The notes: a model not told the origin generated them from the sequence alone. A stretch of DNA of 64,000 nt from an uncultured Acidobacteriota bacterium (GCA_963743375.1 CAVUQA010000015.1:7801-71800), one strand, 5' to 3'. Positions 1 to 9,929 are shown, counted from the first letter of the stretch. Numbers and translations: made by a program.

Positions 1-23
1 GCTGATTGTCAATACTGTAGAGT

Positions 24-656
24 ATGGGAGAATGGGTTGCTATGGCACGTAAAGGTACCGGTGCGAAGCGACTCGACGAGCCTACGCTTACGGCGGCCGA
101 CTGGGCCGAAGCCGCGCTTCACCTCATCGCGGAAGCCGGTCTCGGAGCGCTCACGGTGGAAGCGCTCGCCGTACGGCTCGGCGTCACGAAGGGCAGCTTT
201 TATTGGCACTTCAAGGGGCGGTCCGAGCTCTTGGCCGCTGCGCTCGGCCGCTGGGAGCAACGGGCCACCACCGAGGCCATCACAGGACTATCGGCCGTGA
301 CCGATGCGCGTCAGCGGCTCTATCTAATACTCGACGCCACCTCGCAGTCACCAAGATCACGCTCATTGTATGCAGCGCTCGCCGAGGCCGCTGGTGACCC
401 GATTGTGAGGCGTGTGCTGAACCGTGTGGCATCAACCCGAATTGAGTACCTTGAAGCCTGCTACCGCGAACTCGGCCTCGCGCAACCGCGAGCTAAAGCG
501 AAAGCTGTGTTCGCGTACGCTGCATACCGTGGGCTTCTGCAGTTGGCACACGAGGCGCCAGCCGTGCTACCTATCGACTGGTCCTCCTACGCGGCAGTGG
601 CAGTCGAAGCTTTGGGCCCCGTGCCGTCGAAACGCAGGCACGCACGACAAAAGTAG
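24..656 (+). CDS. TetR/AcrR family transcriptional regulator
   Basis: 210-aa ORF. N-terminal HTH carries the TetR-type signature LGVTKGSFYWHFKGRSELL, followed by a helical C-terminal domain. The start could be the internal ATG at 42 (MARKG...). Confidence 0.9.
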   Translation: MGEWVAMARKGTGAKRLDEPTLTAADWAEAALHLIAEAGLGALTVEALAVRLGVTKGSFYWHFKGRSELLAAALGRWEQRATTEAITGLSAVTDARQRLYLILDATSQSPRSRSLYAALAEAAGDPIVRRVLNRVASTRIEYLEACYRELGLAQPRAKAKAVFAYAAYRGLLQLAHEAPAVLPIDWSSYAAVAVEALGPVPSKRRHARQK

Positions 657-808
657 GACGCTGGTCACTATACGTACGGTCCTGAGCAACGCGGATGTAA
701 ACCGATCTCCACTTCGCGTGTAGTCGGGCCGCATGGACGTGATCTGGATGCCCGGCTTACCGCGATTAGTAAAGGGAAGTGGGCTTCGCGGAAGTTATCT
801 TCTAGTGC

Positions 809-1222
809 TCGAAATTCGGAGACATTGTTCTAGGCGTGTTTACTCCGGTGCTCGCGAAACACTCGAAGTCGTTTTCGCTTTTCGACTGCATCTCGGTTGG
901 TGTGGATCGCATGCAGCGGAACTTCGAACCGATGCGAAAGCAGGTAGAAGGTTGACAGAGGTTCGAACTGACGGACGTCACGGCGAAAGTGGTCATCTAC
1001 GAAGCTTTCGTCGAAGCCAGACTGGAAGCTCCTACGCACCTTGCTCGCACCGTGCATGACCTCTACTTCGAGCCGAAGTACGAGGAATTCCGGCCGCGAA
1101 CGATCTGGAGTCTCTCCAATGCGTTTACCTCTGCATTCAAGGAACTTGATCCCGTCCCACAATTCAAGGCGACAGCCAAGCTGGGCAAATTCGGCGAAGC
1201 TCGGTTCTCACAATCGTTTTAG
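809..1222 (+). pseudogene. DUF932-like (integrative-element associated) gene remnant, copy A, with in-frame TGA
   Basis: One frame reads ..GVFTPVLAKHSKSFSLFDCISVGVDRMQRNFEPMRKQVEG, then an in-frame TGA at 953-955, then ..VIYEAFVEARLE..RTIWSLSNAFTSAFKELDPVPQFKATAKLGKF*. The W-x-L-x-N-A-F-T tail recalls DUF932-type proteins (family call from memory, tentative). No N-terminus or start codon is present. Confidence 0.45.
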
Positions 1223-1333
1223 GCCGCGCTGGTCGGGCCGGACACCGCTCCTTTTCACTAGAGTGTTACCGATGATCGATGCTCTGCCCGACTAACTTCC
1301 CAGACGTATTTCCTAAAAGGTGCGCCAAGCGCT

Positions 1334-1783
1334 ATGTCGGGATCGACCGCATATCATCGCCTCAGGCGGCTCCCGCGTTCTTTGGAACCGAGAAGAATAC
1401 CGTTTCGGTCGAGATCATGCGCTGATGGACCCGATATGCTAATGCAATGCCCGCTGAAGGTGCTCATTCAGTTGCTGCACGCTTTTACCGAAACGGATTT
1501 CCGCCTCGTTGTAAAGGCTGTTAGCGTGCCCACACTGGTGGTCCACGGGGATCATGACACGTCGGCCCCGATCGACCTTACCGGAAGAAGGACAGCAAAC
1601 CTGATCCGGAACTGCCGATCGAAGGTGTATGAGGGCGCGGCACATGGGTTGCCGGTGACGCATCAGGACCGTTTGAATGTGGACCTGATCGAGTTTGTCC
1701 CGCAGCTGAGAAGGACTGTGCAGGCGACTGCGGCGGGTGACCTGTGGAAGAACTTTGACCTCACGTCTGATCCCAGGTTCTAG
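1334..1783 (+). pseudogene. alpha/beta hydrolase (chloroperoxidase/arylesterase-like) C-terminal fragment
   Basis: The ORF tail is LLHAFTETDFRLVVKAVSVPTLVVHGDHDTSAPIDLTGRRTANLIRNCRSKVYEGAAHGLPVTHQDRLNVDLIEFV, i.e. only the acid/His third of the fold. The nucleophile elbow and N-terminal two thirds are absent. An upstream piece (..FFGTEKNTVSVE..) lies in another frame. Confidence 0.7.
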
Positions 1784-1792
1784 GGTCAAGGT

Positions 1793-2671
1793 TCATCGTT
1801 GCCCTCGCGGATACAGAGCAACATTCGGAAGCTTGTCGGGATTGATGACGAGGAAGATGTCAGCGACTTTGTTGCTCTCGTCGAGCGCCAGGCTCACGAC
1901 ACTTGCAAGATGATCGGCATCAAATAGCAGGGCGCCGGGCTGCCCATTTACGGTTACGAACTCAGCACGGATCTTCGCCGGCACGCCCTTTTTGGCTAGA
2001 CCGGCGAAGAATCGCACGATGCGATCGGCGCCGCTGATTGGATTCAACGCCGCTGTGGCCTTTCCACCTCCATCGGAATAGAGCACGGCATCCTCGCGAA
2101 GCAGATCCGACAGTTTTCCTATATTGCCCGAGGCACAGGCAGTCAGGAACTCCCGCAATACCTGGCTATGTTGATCACGATCCACCGTAAATCGCGGGCG
2201 TTTTGCCTGCACGTGTTTCCGAGCCCGCGCAACGATTTGGCGGCAATTCTCCTCGGTATTCTCGAGCGTTTCCGCGATTTCTGTATAAGAGATGTCGAAA
2301 ACCTCGCGAAGAAGAAAAGCAATGCGTTCGGCCGGTGACAACAGTTCAAGCACGTGCAGAAACGCAATCGAAAGCGATTCTGCCATCTCCAGTCGCTGGA
2401 CTCCAAATGGTTCAACCAGCGGCTCCGGGAGCCATGGCCCTGTGTAGACCTCCCGTTTCCGTTGCGCTGACTTGAGTGCATCCAGAGAGAGGCGGGACAC
2501 CACGGTCATCAGGTACGACTTCGGCATTCGGATCTCCCCATCGGACGCATTGAGCCAGCGGAGATACGCGTCCTGCACAACGTCCTCAGCATCGGTGCGC
2601 GTCCCGAGCATACGATAGGCGAGCAAGAACAGACTCCCTCGCAACTCTTCGAACTGAGCGGTCCGGTCCAC
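1793..2671 (-). CDS. ECF sigma factor, ECF41/SigJ-like (with NTF2/SnoaL-like C-terminal extension)
   Basis: 292 aa. Sigma-70 region 2 (DAEDVVQDAYLRW), linker YTGPWLPEPL, region 4 HTH (ISYTEIAETLENTEENCRQIVARARKHV) and a C-terminal extension of about 100 aa, as in ECF41-group sigmas. Confidence 0.88.
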   Translation of the reverse strand: MDRTAQFEELRGSLFLLAYRMLGTRTDAEDVVQDAYLRWLNASDGEIRMPKSYLMTVVSRLSLDALKSAQRKREVYTGPWLPEPLVEPFGVQRLEMAESLSIAFLHVLELLSPAERIAFLLREVFDISYTEIAETLENTEENCRQIVARARKHVQAKRPRFTVDRDQHSQVLREFLTACASGNIGKLSDLLREDAVLYSDGGGKATAALNPISGADRIVRFFAGLAKKGVPAKIRAEFVTVNGQPGALLFDADHLASVVSLALDESNKVADIFLVINPDKLPNVALYPRGQR

Positions 2672-2673
2672 CT

Positions 2674-3882
2674 TCAGGCTTCCACCTCTTCTCGCTGTTG
2701 GACGGTCTGCGCGGCTTCCAGGGCGCTAGCCACTGCCGCATCGGCCAGCATGCCGCTTGCACCTACCCAGTCTCCGGCTAGCGTCACACGCTCCAACCCC
2801 GGTAAAACTACCCCCAGGCGCCCCTGCACATCTGGAATTGCCGCGGTCACTCTGAGCCGGGGTAGATACCGCACTCGCTCCGCCAGCTGCCGCCACGTCG
2901 GCAGAACCAGATCGGCGTACTCTTCAAGCTCCCTGCGGAGCGCCTCGTGATTGTTTTCATCCTCCCGCAGATACTTCGCGACGTGCACCATCGCCCCGCC
3001 CGCAGGCGCCAACCGTGCCACCGCGGAATGAACGGAATAGTACAACGGACGATCCAGCGCAAACGCAAGCGTGGGTGCTGCTTCAGGTATGCTGCTCAGG
3101 CACAGATCTAGGGTTGCGGCGTACGCTGCTCTTCTTGCAGGCAACGTCACGCCGGTCAATAATTCCACCGTTTCCGGGTCGGCCGCAAGCACGATGCCGT
3201 CGGCATGAACGCTGCCGAGTCGTGTCACACGTTCGCCGCAATGAATCTGAACCCCAAGCGAACGGGCCCGTCCGGCCAGTCCATCCACCAGGGTCTGCCA
3301 GCCGCCGTCGAGGTAAAGCACGCCCTGTTTCAATGCCATCGATATCTGTTCCAGCGCCGCGCGCGCGCTCAAATGATCGAAATCCCCGCTGTACGTTGCT
3401 ACCCTGGCCACCATCGAAAAGTAATCGCGCACCTGCACAGAACGAGTCCACCGATCGAGCCACTGGCCCATGGTCTCTGTGGGATCGCCATTCGCACCAC
3501 TAATCGAACTCAGCAGTCGCCCCACCTCCAGCTTCTCTCGAGTAGTGAAGAGAGGAGAGGCGAGAAGGGTACTAGGATCCTTCACGGCCGGATAGACTTC
3601 TTTGCCGCGTACCAACACGGGACGAAGCGCGGAGGCGGTTCCGCGCGGATTGCCTCCCGAGAATGGAATCCCCCAGTTTGTGAAGGTACGCTCCGCGATC
3701 CCACCTCGGTACAAGGCATGTGGCCCCAGATTCAGCGAATAGTCACCCTCGTGCCTCGTTCGCGCTCGCCCCCCGAGCTCGCGCGATTGCTCAAGTACGG
3801 TCACCTTTGCACCAGAATCGACAAGGGCGTTGGCTGCAGTCAGCCCGGCGATGCCAGCTCCAATCACAACGAAATGGGCCAT
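2674..3882 (-). CDS. FAD-dependent oxidoreductase (amine-oxidase / phytoene-desaturase-like)
   Basis: 402 aa. N-terminal dinucleotide fold VVIGAGIAGLTAANAL..VTVLEQSRELGGRA. Its stop lies 2 nt upstream of the sigma gene start, so the two are probably co-transcribed. Confidence 0.85.
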   Translation of the reverse strand: MAHFVVIGAGIAGLTAANALVDSGAKVTVLEQSRELGGRARTRHEGDYSLNLGPHALYRGGIAERTFTNWGIPFSGGNPRGTASALRPVLVRGKEVYPAVKDPSTLLASPLFTTREKLEVGRLLSSISGANGDPTETMGQWLDRWTRSVQVRDYFSMVARVATYSGDFDHLSARAALEQISMALKQGVLYLDGGWQTLVDGLAGRARSLGVQIHCGERVTRLGSVHADGIVLAADPETVELLTGVTLPARRAAYAATLDLCLSSIPEAAPTLAFALDRPLYYSVHSAVARLAPAGGAMVHVAKYLREDENNHEALRRELEEYADLVLPTWRQLAERVRYLPRLRVTAAIPDVQGRLGVVLPGLERVTLAGDWVGASGMLADAAVASALEAAQTVQQREEVEA

Positions 3883-4127
3883 GAATCCCCTCCGTCGTTA
3901 AGACGAGATACCCCATCTGCTCGTGACAGTCCTCTTGACGTATAGGAAAAACAAAAATCCATTTCAAAGCCAGAGCCGACAAGAGATGCTGCAATCGCCG
4001 CCCAACACGACGGCAAAGCGGTGACCTGGTGTTGCAACTTCTCCCCTCTCGCCCAGCATTCGGCAATAGGTAGCAACCTCCGGCGCCTGGTCCAACTGTC
4101 GTGGCTTTCGAAGGTTCAATCACGGGA

Positions 4128-4260
4128 CCCCGAATCTGGAAACACTGTCCCTGGCGTGTTTACGCCGGTGCTCGCCAAACACTCGAAGTCGTTCTCGCTC
4201 ATCGACTGCATTTCGGTTGGTGTTGATCGAATGCAGAGAAACTTCGAGCCCATGCGAAAG
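4128..4260 (+). pseudogene. DUF932-like gene remnant, copy B (short internal fragment)
   Basis: Second copy of ..GVFTPVLAKHSKSFSLIDCISVGVDRMQRNFEPMRK, offset 3320 bp from copy A, with 12 nt differences over the 105 nt aligned to 836-940. Similarity stops at 4260. There is no start codon and no C-terminal block. Confidence 0.45.
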
Positions 4261-4618
4261 CATGCGCAGCCCGCGTCGGTCGCCCCGTCGAAATTGGGGC
4301 GGCCGTTCGGTTGGAAGGTCTTCCCTCAAAAACCGGCGCCACAGCACAGGTGGTGAACTGTATCTCACTCGGGGAATACGAGAAGTCTTGGTTACTCGGT
4401 TTGTCGCTGACTGAGCCGGCAATGTATGGGGTGTCGAAGCACCGCCAGATTGGGCGTAATACTAACGTCAGGGCGCCGGTTGTAAATTGCCGCAGCCCAC
4501 CACATGCAATTCGGGAGTGACACTGAAGAATCGCTTCGTGATTGGTGGAAAAGACGGGACACGGGCGGCACTTAGAGTCGCCTTTGGAATCTTCGAGTGC
4601 CCGCAACCAAGTCGTCGA

Positions 4619-5543
4619 CTAATCGGCATTTGCCTTGATTCCGAGTGCGTGCATCAGCCACGACGCACGGTCAGATTTTGACTTCGCATCGTTGAACTCG
4701 TGGCTGGTGAAGTACCATTTCTGTTCCTTCGGCCCGCCGACTGCGTTGAAATACTCATCGGCTGACCTCCGGCTAATGTACATGTCACGCTCTGCCCACT
4801 GGAAGTAGATCTTCGCCGGGCCTGTGTTCGCCGCGAATCTTTCTGGTTCGACGGTGCCAGAGCCGCCGCTCTTTATCGAATTCCGCCTTCGGCGTTGTGA
4901 CGCGCTGTAGCTGCTGGTAGAAGCTGTCGTCGTCCCAGTCGGGGGGCACCTTCGGGAGTCCGCCCATCAACACGAACACCTTTAGCCGCTTCTCTGCCGC
5001 GGCTAACGGCGCGCCCCAGGTTGCGCCGAGCGAGTGCCCGACGTACCCAATCCGGGCACCGTCAACGTCTTTGCGCGAGACCAACACATCCACCGCACGG
5101 CGTAGATCCACGACCATCTGAATGTAACTGTCGCGTTCGGACTCGGCCTCTTTGCCTTTCGCCGGCGGTGCCACATCCGGTCGCCAATAAGGTGCGTCAA
5201 TCATGATGCCGATCGCGCCGCATTGTGCCATGTCCACCGCTTCGGACAGAAACTCCCCCTTGTTTCCCTGGCCCCAATGCATGTAGACAATGCCTGCGAA
5301 TGGTTCCTTGCCCCTCGGAACGACCAGATACCCCGGGACGCGCCCGCCTTTTGGCGAATCGTAGGAAACTTCAAATACGGTAACGCCGGTGGCCGGCGTT
5401 TCTGGCCTGCCGATCGTGAGATTCAGCGGCTTCGTCGCGTCATACGCGAAGACTTTGCTGGCATCGGCAGCGGCGAGCGTCTGGGCCGCTACCGGGGCGC
5501 AAACCGCCAGCACGCTTGCCAATAATGAGAAAGTAGCCCTCAT
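4619..5543 (-). pseudogene. dienelactone-hydrolase-like alpha/beta hydrolase, frameshifted
   Basis: Signal peptide MRATFSLLASVLAVCAPVAAQ and nucleophile elbow GYVGHSLGA sit in ORF 4785-5543. A typical C-terminus (..GSGTVEPERFAANTGPAKIYFQWAERDMYISRRSADEYFNAVGGPKEQKWYFTSHEFNDAKSKSDRASWLMHALGIKANAD*) continues in another frame down to the stop at 4619-4621. The frame break is near 4862-4875. Confidence 0.8.
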
Positions 5544-5715
5544 TTATCTGTGACCTGCCTCGCTCATTCCGTTAACGCCTAAGGCTCATTATTGCTATCA
5601 CAAACGCATTCGACCTCTCAAGGCTGATTCTGCTCTTTTTCGCGTGTCATGGGAGCGCTCCGTTGATAAATGAGCTGCGCTCGAATGCTGATTCTAAGGG
5701 GCATCCAGTTGATTG

Positions 5716-5952
5716 TCAGAAACGATTGGCTTCGAGGAACTGGATGACGATTCGCTTGAACTCCTCCGGTTTTTCAAGGTACATGAGATGGCCGGTATCG
5801 GGTATCACAATCCGGCGAGAGTTGGCGATACCGGTCTCGATTGCCCCAGCGTGCGCGTGAACATCGGGAATGTCGGCATCGCCGACCAGGGTCAGGGTCG
5901 GCACATGGATCTCGTGTAGGCGAGGCAGCGAGGAAGGGGCATCTCGAGCCAT
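5716..5952 (-). pseudogene. alpha/beta hydrolase C-terminal fragment
   Basis: The 78-aa ORF ..IHVPTLTLVGDADIPDVHAHAGAIETGIANSRRIVIPDTGHLMYLEKPEEFKRIVIQFL holds only the acid/His part of the fold. Degenerate pieces (..SGLIAAPVND.., ..SRPDREV..) are scattered in other frames up to about 6150. Confidence 0.65.
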
Positions 5953-6224
5953 CTCATTGTGCGTGAAATCCTGCGGTGTCGCAGTAAGGAGATCGCGAAT
6001 TTTCTGGCGCGCAGATATTTGTCACTGGCGATAATTCAATCATTTACGGGTGCAGCGATCAAACCAGACCCAGCCTGGAAGTCTATATACCTCTCGGTCT
6101 GGGCGAGATGTCAGTTGATCCAAGCCAAGAATCCCACGATCAAATACGTTCAAGACCCGCTACTGTCTGACGATGTCATCATTGCTTCTGGTTTCCTATG
6201 TGCGGGCCAAATTGGAGATAGCAA

Positions 6225-8330
6225 ATGCCGCTTCAAAAGGATTCGACCATGACAAAGCAATCGAAGCGCGCGACGCTGGCCGCCGCCATGTTGCTGGCGT
6301 GTTTGGTGTTCGCTCAGGCGGCGCGAGCCGACGAGGGCATGTGGACGTTCGATAATTTTCCCTCCAAGACCGTGGGCGCGAAGTATGGCTTCGCGCCCGC
6401 GCAGGCCTGGCTTGACCACGTGCGCCTGTCGTCGCTGCGCATAGCCGGCGGCTGCTCGGCGTCATTCATTTCTCCGCAGGGATTGGTGATGACGAATCAC
6501 CACTGTGTGGTCGAATGTGTGGAACAGTTGTCGACCCCGCAACAGAATTTTGAGGAAAACGGTTTTTCCGCAACCACGCCTGCCGAAGAAAAAAAATGCC
6601 CCGACTTCGAACTCGATCAGCTGGTTGAGATTCGCGACGTCACCAAAGACGTTATGGAAGCGCTGACCGGCAAGACGGGCGACGCGGCCAACAAAGCGCT
6701 GAATGCGAAACGAGCCGAGCTGGAACAAAGCTGCGGATCAGATGCCAGCGTGCGCTGCGATGTGGTTTCGCTGTACCACGGCGGCGTCTACGATCTCTAC
6801 CGTTACAAACGCTACAACGACGTGCGCCTGGTGTTTGCCCCGGAGTTTTCGGTCGCGCAATTTGGCGGCGACCCCGACAATTTTAATTTTCCGCGCTTCG
6901 ATTTCGACATCGGCCTGCTGCGAGCCTATGAGGGAGACAAACCTGTAGCCAGCCGCGATTATCTGCACTGGAGCGCGAATGGAACCAAAGACGGCGATCT
7001 CGTTTTCGTCTCCGGGAACCCGGGCGGCACCTTCCGTGAATTGACCACCGCGCAGCTGGCCTTTGAGCGCGACACCCTTTACCCCGTCAGGATCCCGGAA
7101 ATGGCAGAGCGGCGCGGGCAACTGGAGGAATTTGTGGCTCGCGGACCGGAACAAGCGCGCGAGGCCGATGACGAGCTGTTTTTCCTGGAGAACAGTTTCA
7201 AGGTCTACTTCGGACGGCAACAGGCGCTGCTGGATCCACAGTTCTTCGGGACCAAAGTGCAGGAGGAGCAACATCTGCGCGCAGCCACGTCAGCGGATCC
7301 AAAGCTGGCCGCTTATCTTTCAGCCTGGGACGATATCGCGAAAATCGAGCAAGTGCGCTCGCAGCTCTTTATGCGCACTGCGTTATTGAACGGCCGACAT
7401 TTCAGGGCGGGTTTGATCGGGGATGCGGTAACGCTGGTGCGTGCCGCGGCCGAACGCGCGAAGCCCAACCGTGAACGTTTGCCGGAATTTACCGACAAAG
7501 CTCTGGTCAACGTGCAGCAGCAGTTGACCGCTGCTGTTCCGGTCTACAAGGATCTGGAGGAGCTTGACCTCGCATTTCTGTTGACCATCATTCGGCGCGA
7601 CTTGGGCACCGACGACCCGTTCGTGCGCAAGATGCTGGGCAAGGAATCTCCCGAGCAACTGGCCCACCGGCTGGTGACCGGCACGCATTTGGAGGACGTA
7701 AAGGTTCGCGAAGGGCTGTACAACGGCGGCCAAAGCGCAGTCGACGCCTCCACCGATCCCATGATCCGCTTCGCGGCGTCGATTAACGACGACCTGCTGG
7801 CCGTACGCAAAGACTACGAGGCGCGCGTGGACGCTCCCACACTGTCCGCTGCCGAAAAGATTGCGAAAGCGCGCTTTGCGATTTACGGGACCAGTATCGA
7901 TCCGGACGCAACTTTTACTCTGCGCCTGACCTATGGCACCGTGAAAGGCTTCGAAGACGCCGAGGGCCAGTTCGTCGAGCCTTACACCAACATCGGAGGA
8001 CTGTTCAATCGCGCGACCGGAGCGCCACCCTACGACCTGCCGAAAAGCTGGCTCAAGGCCAAAGCATCTCTGAATCTGTCGGTGCCCATGAATCTCTCCA
8101 CCACCAACGACACCACCGGCGGCAATTCCGGAAGCCCCGTCATCGACAAGGACGCTAACATTGTCGGCCTGCTCTTCGACGGCAACATTTTCTCCCTGGG
8201 CGGCGACTACGGCTACGACCCGGCGAAAAATCGCTCCATAGCGGTGGACAGCCGCGGTCTGCTGGAAGGCATGCGCAAGGTCTATCACATCGATCGCATC
8301 GTTAACGAAATCGAAGCAGCGCGAAAGTAG
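6225..8330 (+). CDS. S46 family serine peptidase (dipeptidyl-peptidase 7/11-like)
   Basis: 701 aa. A signal peptide is followed by the family N-terminus DEGMWTFDNFP. Catalytic His is in VMTNHHCV and Ser in TTGGNSGSPVID. The start may be the ATG at 6246. Confidence 0.92.
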   Translation: MPLQKDSTMTKQSKRATLAAAMLLACLVFAQAARADEGMWTFDNFPSKTVGAKYGFAPAQAWLDHVRLSSLRIAGGCSASFISPQGLVMTNHHCVVECVEQLSTPQQNFEENGFSATTPAEEKKCPDFELDQLVEIRDVTKDVMEALTGKTGDAANKALNAKRAELEQSCGSDASVRCDVVSLYHGGVYDLYRYKRYNDVRLVFAPEFSVAQFGGDPDNFNFPRFDFDIGLLRAYEGDKPVASRDYLHWSANGTKDGDLVFVSGNPGGTFRELTTAQLAFERDTLYPVRIPEMAERRGQLEEFVARGPEQAREADDELFFLENSFKVYFGRQQALLDPQFFGTKVQEEQHLRAATSADPKLAAYLSAWDDIAKIEQVRSQLFMRTALLNGRHFRAGLIGDAVTLVRAAAERAKPNRERLPEFTDKALVNVQQQLTAAVPVYKDLEELDLAFLLTIIRRDLGTDDPFVRKMLGKESPEQLAHRLVTGTHLEDVKVREGLYNGGQSAVDASTDPMIRFAASINDDLLAVRKDYEARVDAPTLSAAEKIAKARFAIYGTSIDPDATFTLRLTYGTVKGFEDAEGQFVEPYTNIGGLFNRATGAPPYDLPKSWLKAKASLNLSVPMNLSTTNDTTGGNSGSPVIDKDANIVGLLFDGNIFSLGGDYGYDPAKNRSIAVDSRGLLEGMRKVYHIDRIVNEIEAARK

Positions 8331-8796
8331 GAAGCACTCTGGGTGCGGCCGGCCGGGGCCCATTATTATCAAGTTCCACATTCAGCAGCGTCCAACACGC
8401 AACTGCGAGATTACGGCACGGTCTGGTGACGTGAGCGTCGTCTCGCTCGTCAGCCGTTCGCACGGATCGCCGGTCGGCGTCGTCCACAAACCACCTCCTG
8501 ATCCCATCAGTGCTTAAACGTGGAGTGTAATCTCTTGCGAATCCCCCAGCTTTGAGTAAGAGACTTAAAATCGCGGCAGGAACCGAGCAAGCAGAGCTAC
8601 GATGCGTCGCTGTCGCTTCCGGCCGTGAAAGCGGCAATTGCAAAGGGCCAACGGCTGATCGCCGGCTTTGGTGAAGGAGCGGAGACGATTCCCGGGCGGA
8701 GTGGGACTGAGCCGGATCAATGGCACGTCAAATCGATTCAAGACAAGAGTGAAGCATGAACGTCATTCTCTTCTTGTTCACGTGTGATAAAGAAAC

Positions 8797-9888
8797 ATGA
8801 CCAGCAACGAATTTGGCAACGAGTGGCGGAAAGGCGAGAGCGGATGCCCCAAGCCTAAGCAAATGGCAATTCTAGCGTGCGCTGGCCGACACGCCGGCGC
8901 TCTCTTAATCGTAGTGACGCTGTGCTGCGGCTATTTATCTGCTGTCGACAAGGACATACAGAGCGAAGTCGTACGAATTGACAGCACCATGGCGGGGTTC
9001 AAACTTGCGTTGCACCACGAATTCTTGCCATCAACTCCCAGTTCTCAGCGGGCGATTGTTCTCTTCGCCGAAGGATCCGCTGTGCCAACCTCAGGGAATG
9101 CCGCTTACAGGATAAATGGTCTCTCGTGGATGGACGACTTAGCCGAGCACGGTTACGATGTGTGGTCGCTCGACTACATGGGTTTGGGCGATTCGAGCCG
9201 GTATCCGGATATGAACACCGGGCCCAAAGGGACTGCTTCCGAATGTGCTGAGCAATTGGCAACAGCGGCTCGATATATTTTGAAGCAGAGAAAGGCCGAT
9301 AAGCTTGCGGTAATTGGAGATTCGTTTGGAACTCTTGTAGCGGGGGTGTTTGCAACGAAGACGCCAGAACTGTTGGATCAACTTGTACTTTTCGCCCCGG
9401 TGACTCCGGTGGCACAACCGAAGCCCGCCGACATCTCGCAAGTCTCAAATTATGACCTAGTAACCCCCGAGGATTTTGCGCAGGTGTATTCGAGTTGGTT
9501 GCCGCCTGGAGCATCGACCGGACTTGCCAGTGACTTCTTCATAAAAGATTGGGGCGTCAGTTATCTCAACACAGATCCAGAGAGCCACCATAGAAACCCG
9601 CCAAGCGTGATGGTACCGAGCGGACCTGGTGTCGAAGTGGCACGAGTGAGCGCCGGAAACTTCCCCTATGATCCAGCGAAGATCAGAGTTCCTACCATGA
9701 TCGTCTTTGGGGAATGGGATGCGATCGCAACCGAAGCTGGCGGTAAACGGCTGTTCGAGGAATTGACAAATGCGCCGCGAAAAACACTTTTCGTCATTGG
9801 ACACAGTACCCATCTGCCCCAATTCGAGCCAGTACGATTTGACGCGTACGCGGCGGTTAGAGCTTTTCTGGAAACGCGCGCTCAATAA
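8797..9888 (+). CDS. alpha/beta hydrolase
   Basis: 363 aa. N-terminal membrane anchor or signal (ALLIVVTLCCGYLSA), nucleophile elbow AVIGDSFGTLVA, and C-terminal His region VIGHSTHLPQFE. Confidence 0.8.
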   Translation: MTSNEFGNEWRKGESGCPKPKQMAILACAGRHAGALLIVVTLCCGYLSAVDKDIQSEVVRIDSTMAGFKLALHHEFLPSTPSSQRAIVLFAEGSAVPTSGNAAYRINGLSWMDDLAEHGYDVWSLDYMGLGDSSRYPDMNTGPKGTASECAEQLATAARYILKQRKADKLAVIGDSFGTLVAGVFATKTPELLDQLVLFAPVTPVAQPKPADISQVSNYDLVTPEDFAQVYSSWLPPGASTGLASDFFIKDWGVSYLNTDPESHHRNPPSVMVPSGPGVEVARVSAGNFPYDPAKIRVPTMIVFGEWDAIATEAGGKRLFEELTNAPRKTLFVIGHSTHLPQFEPVRFDAYAAVRAFLETRAQ

Positions 9889-9929
9889 GCCGTTTCTCGG
9901 TTGACTTCCGGCGCAGAGGACGCTGAGCG

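Noticed and set aside
953-955. In-frame TGA in the DUF932-like remnant as possible selenocysteine or programmed readthrough
   Set aside because: The gene lacks an N-terminus and a start codon, and it sits in a region full of disrupted genes. No downstream SECIS-like stem is evident, so simple nonsense decay is the parsimonious reading.
960-968. ggttcgaac resembling a tRNA T-arm
   Set aside because: No acceptor or anticodon stems can be folded around it, and it lies inside the DUF932-like reading frame. I found no tRNA or rRNA anywhere in the window.
3205-3945. 246-aa + strand ORF
   Set aside because: It is antisense to the FAD oxidoreductase and has Arg/Pro-rich composition typical of an out-of-frame reading.
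7383-8381. 332-aa ORF on the minus strand
   Set aside because: It lies entirely antisense to the well-supported S46 peptidase gene and has no motifs. Long stop-free antisense frames are expected opposite GC-rich genes.
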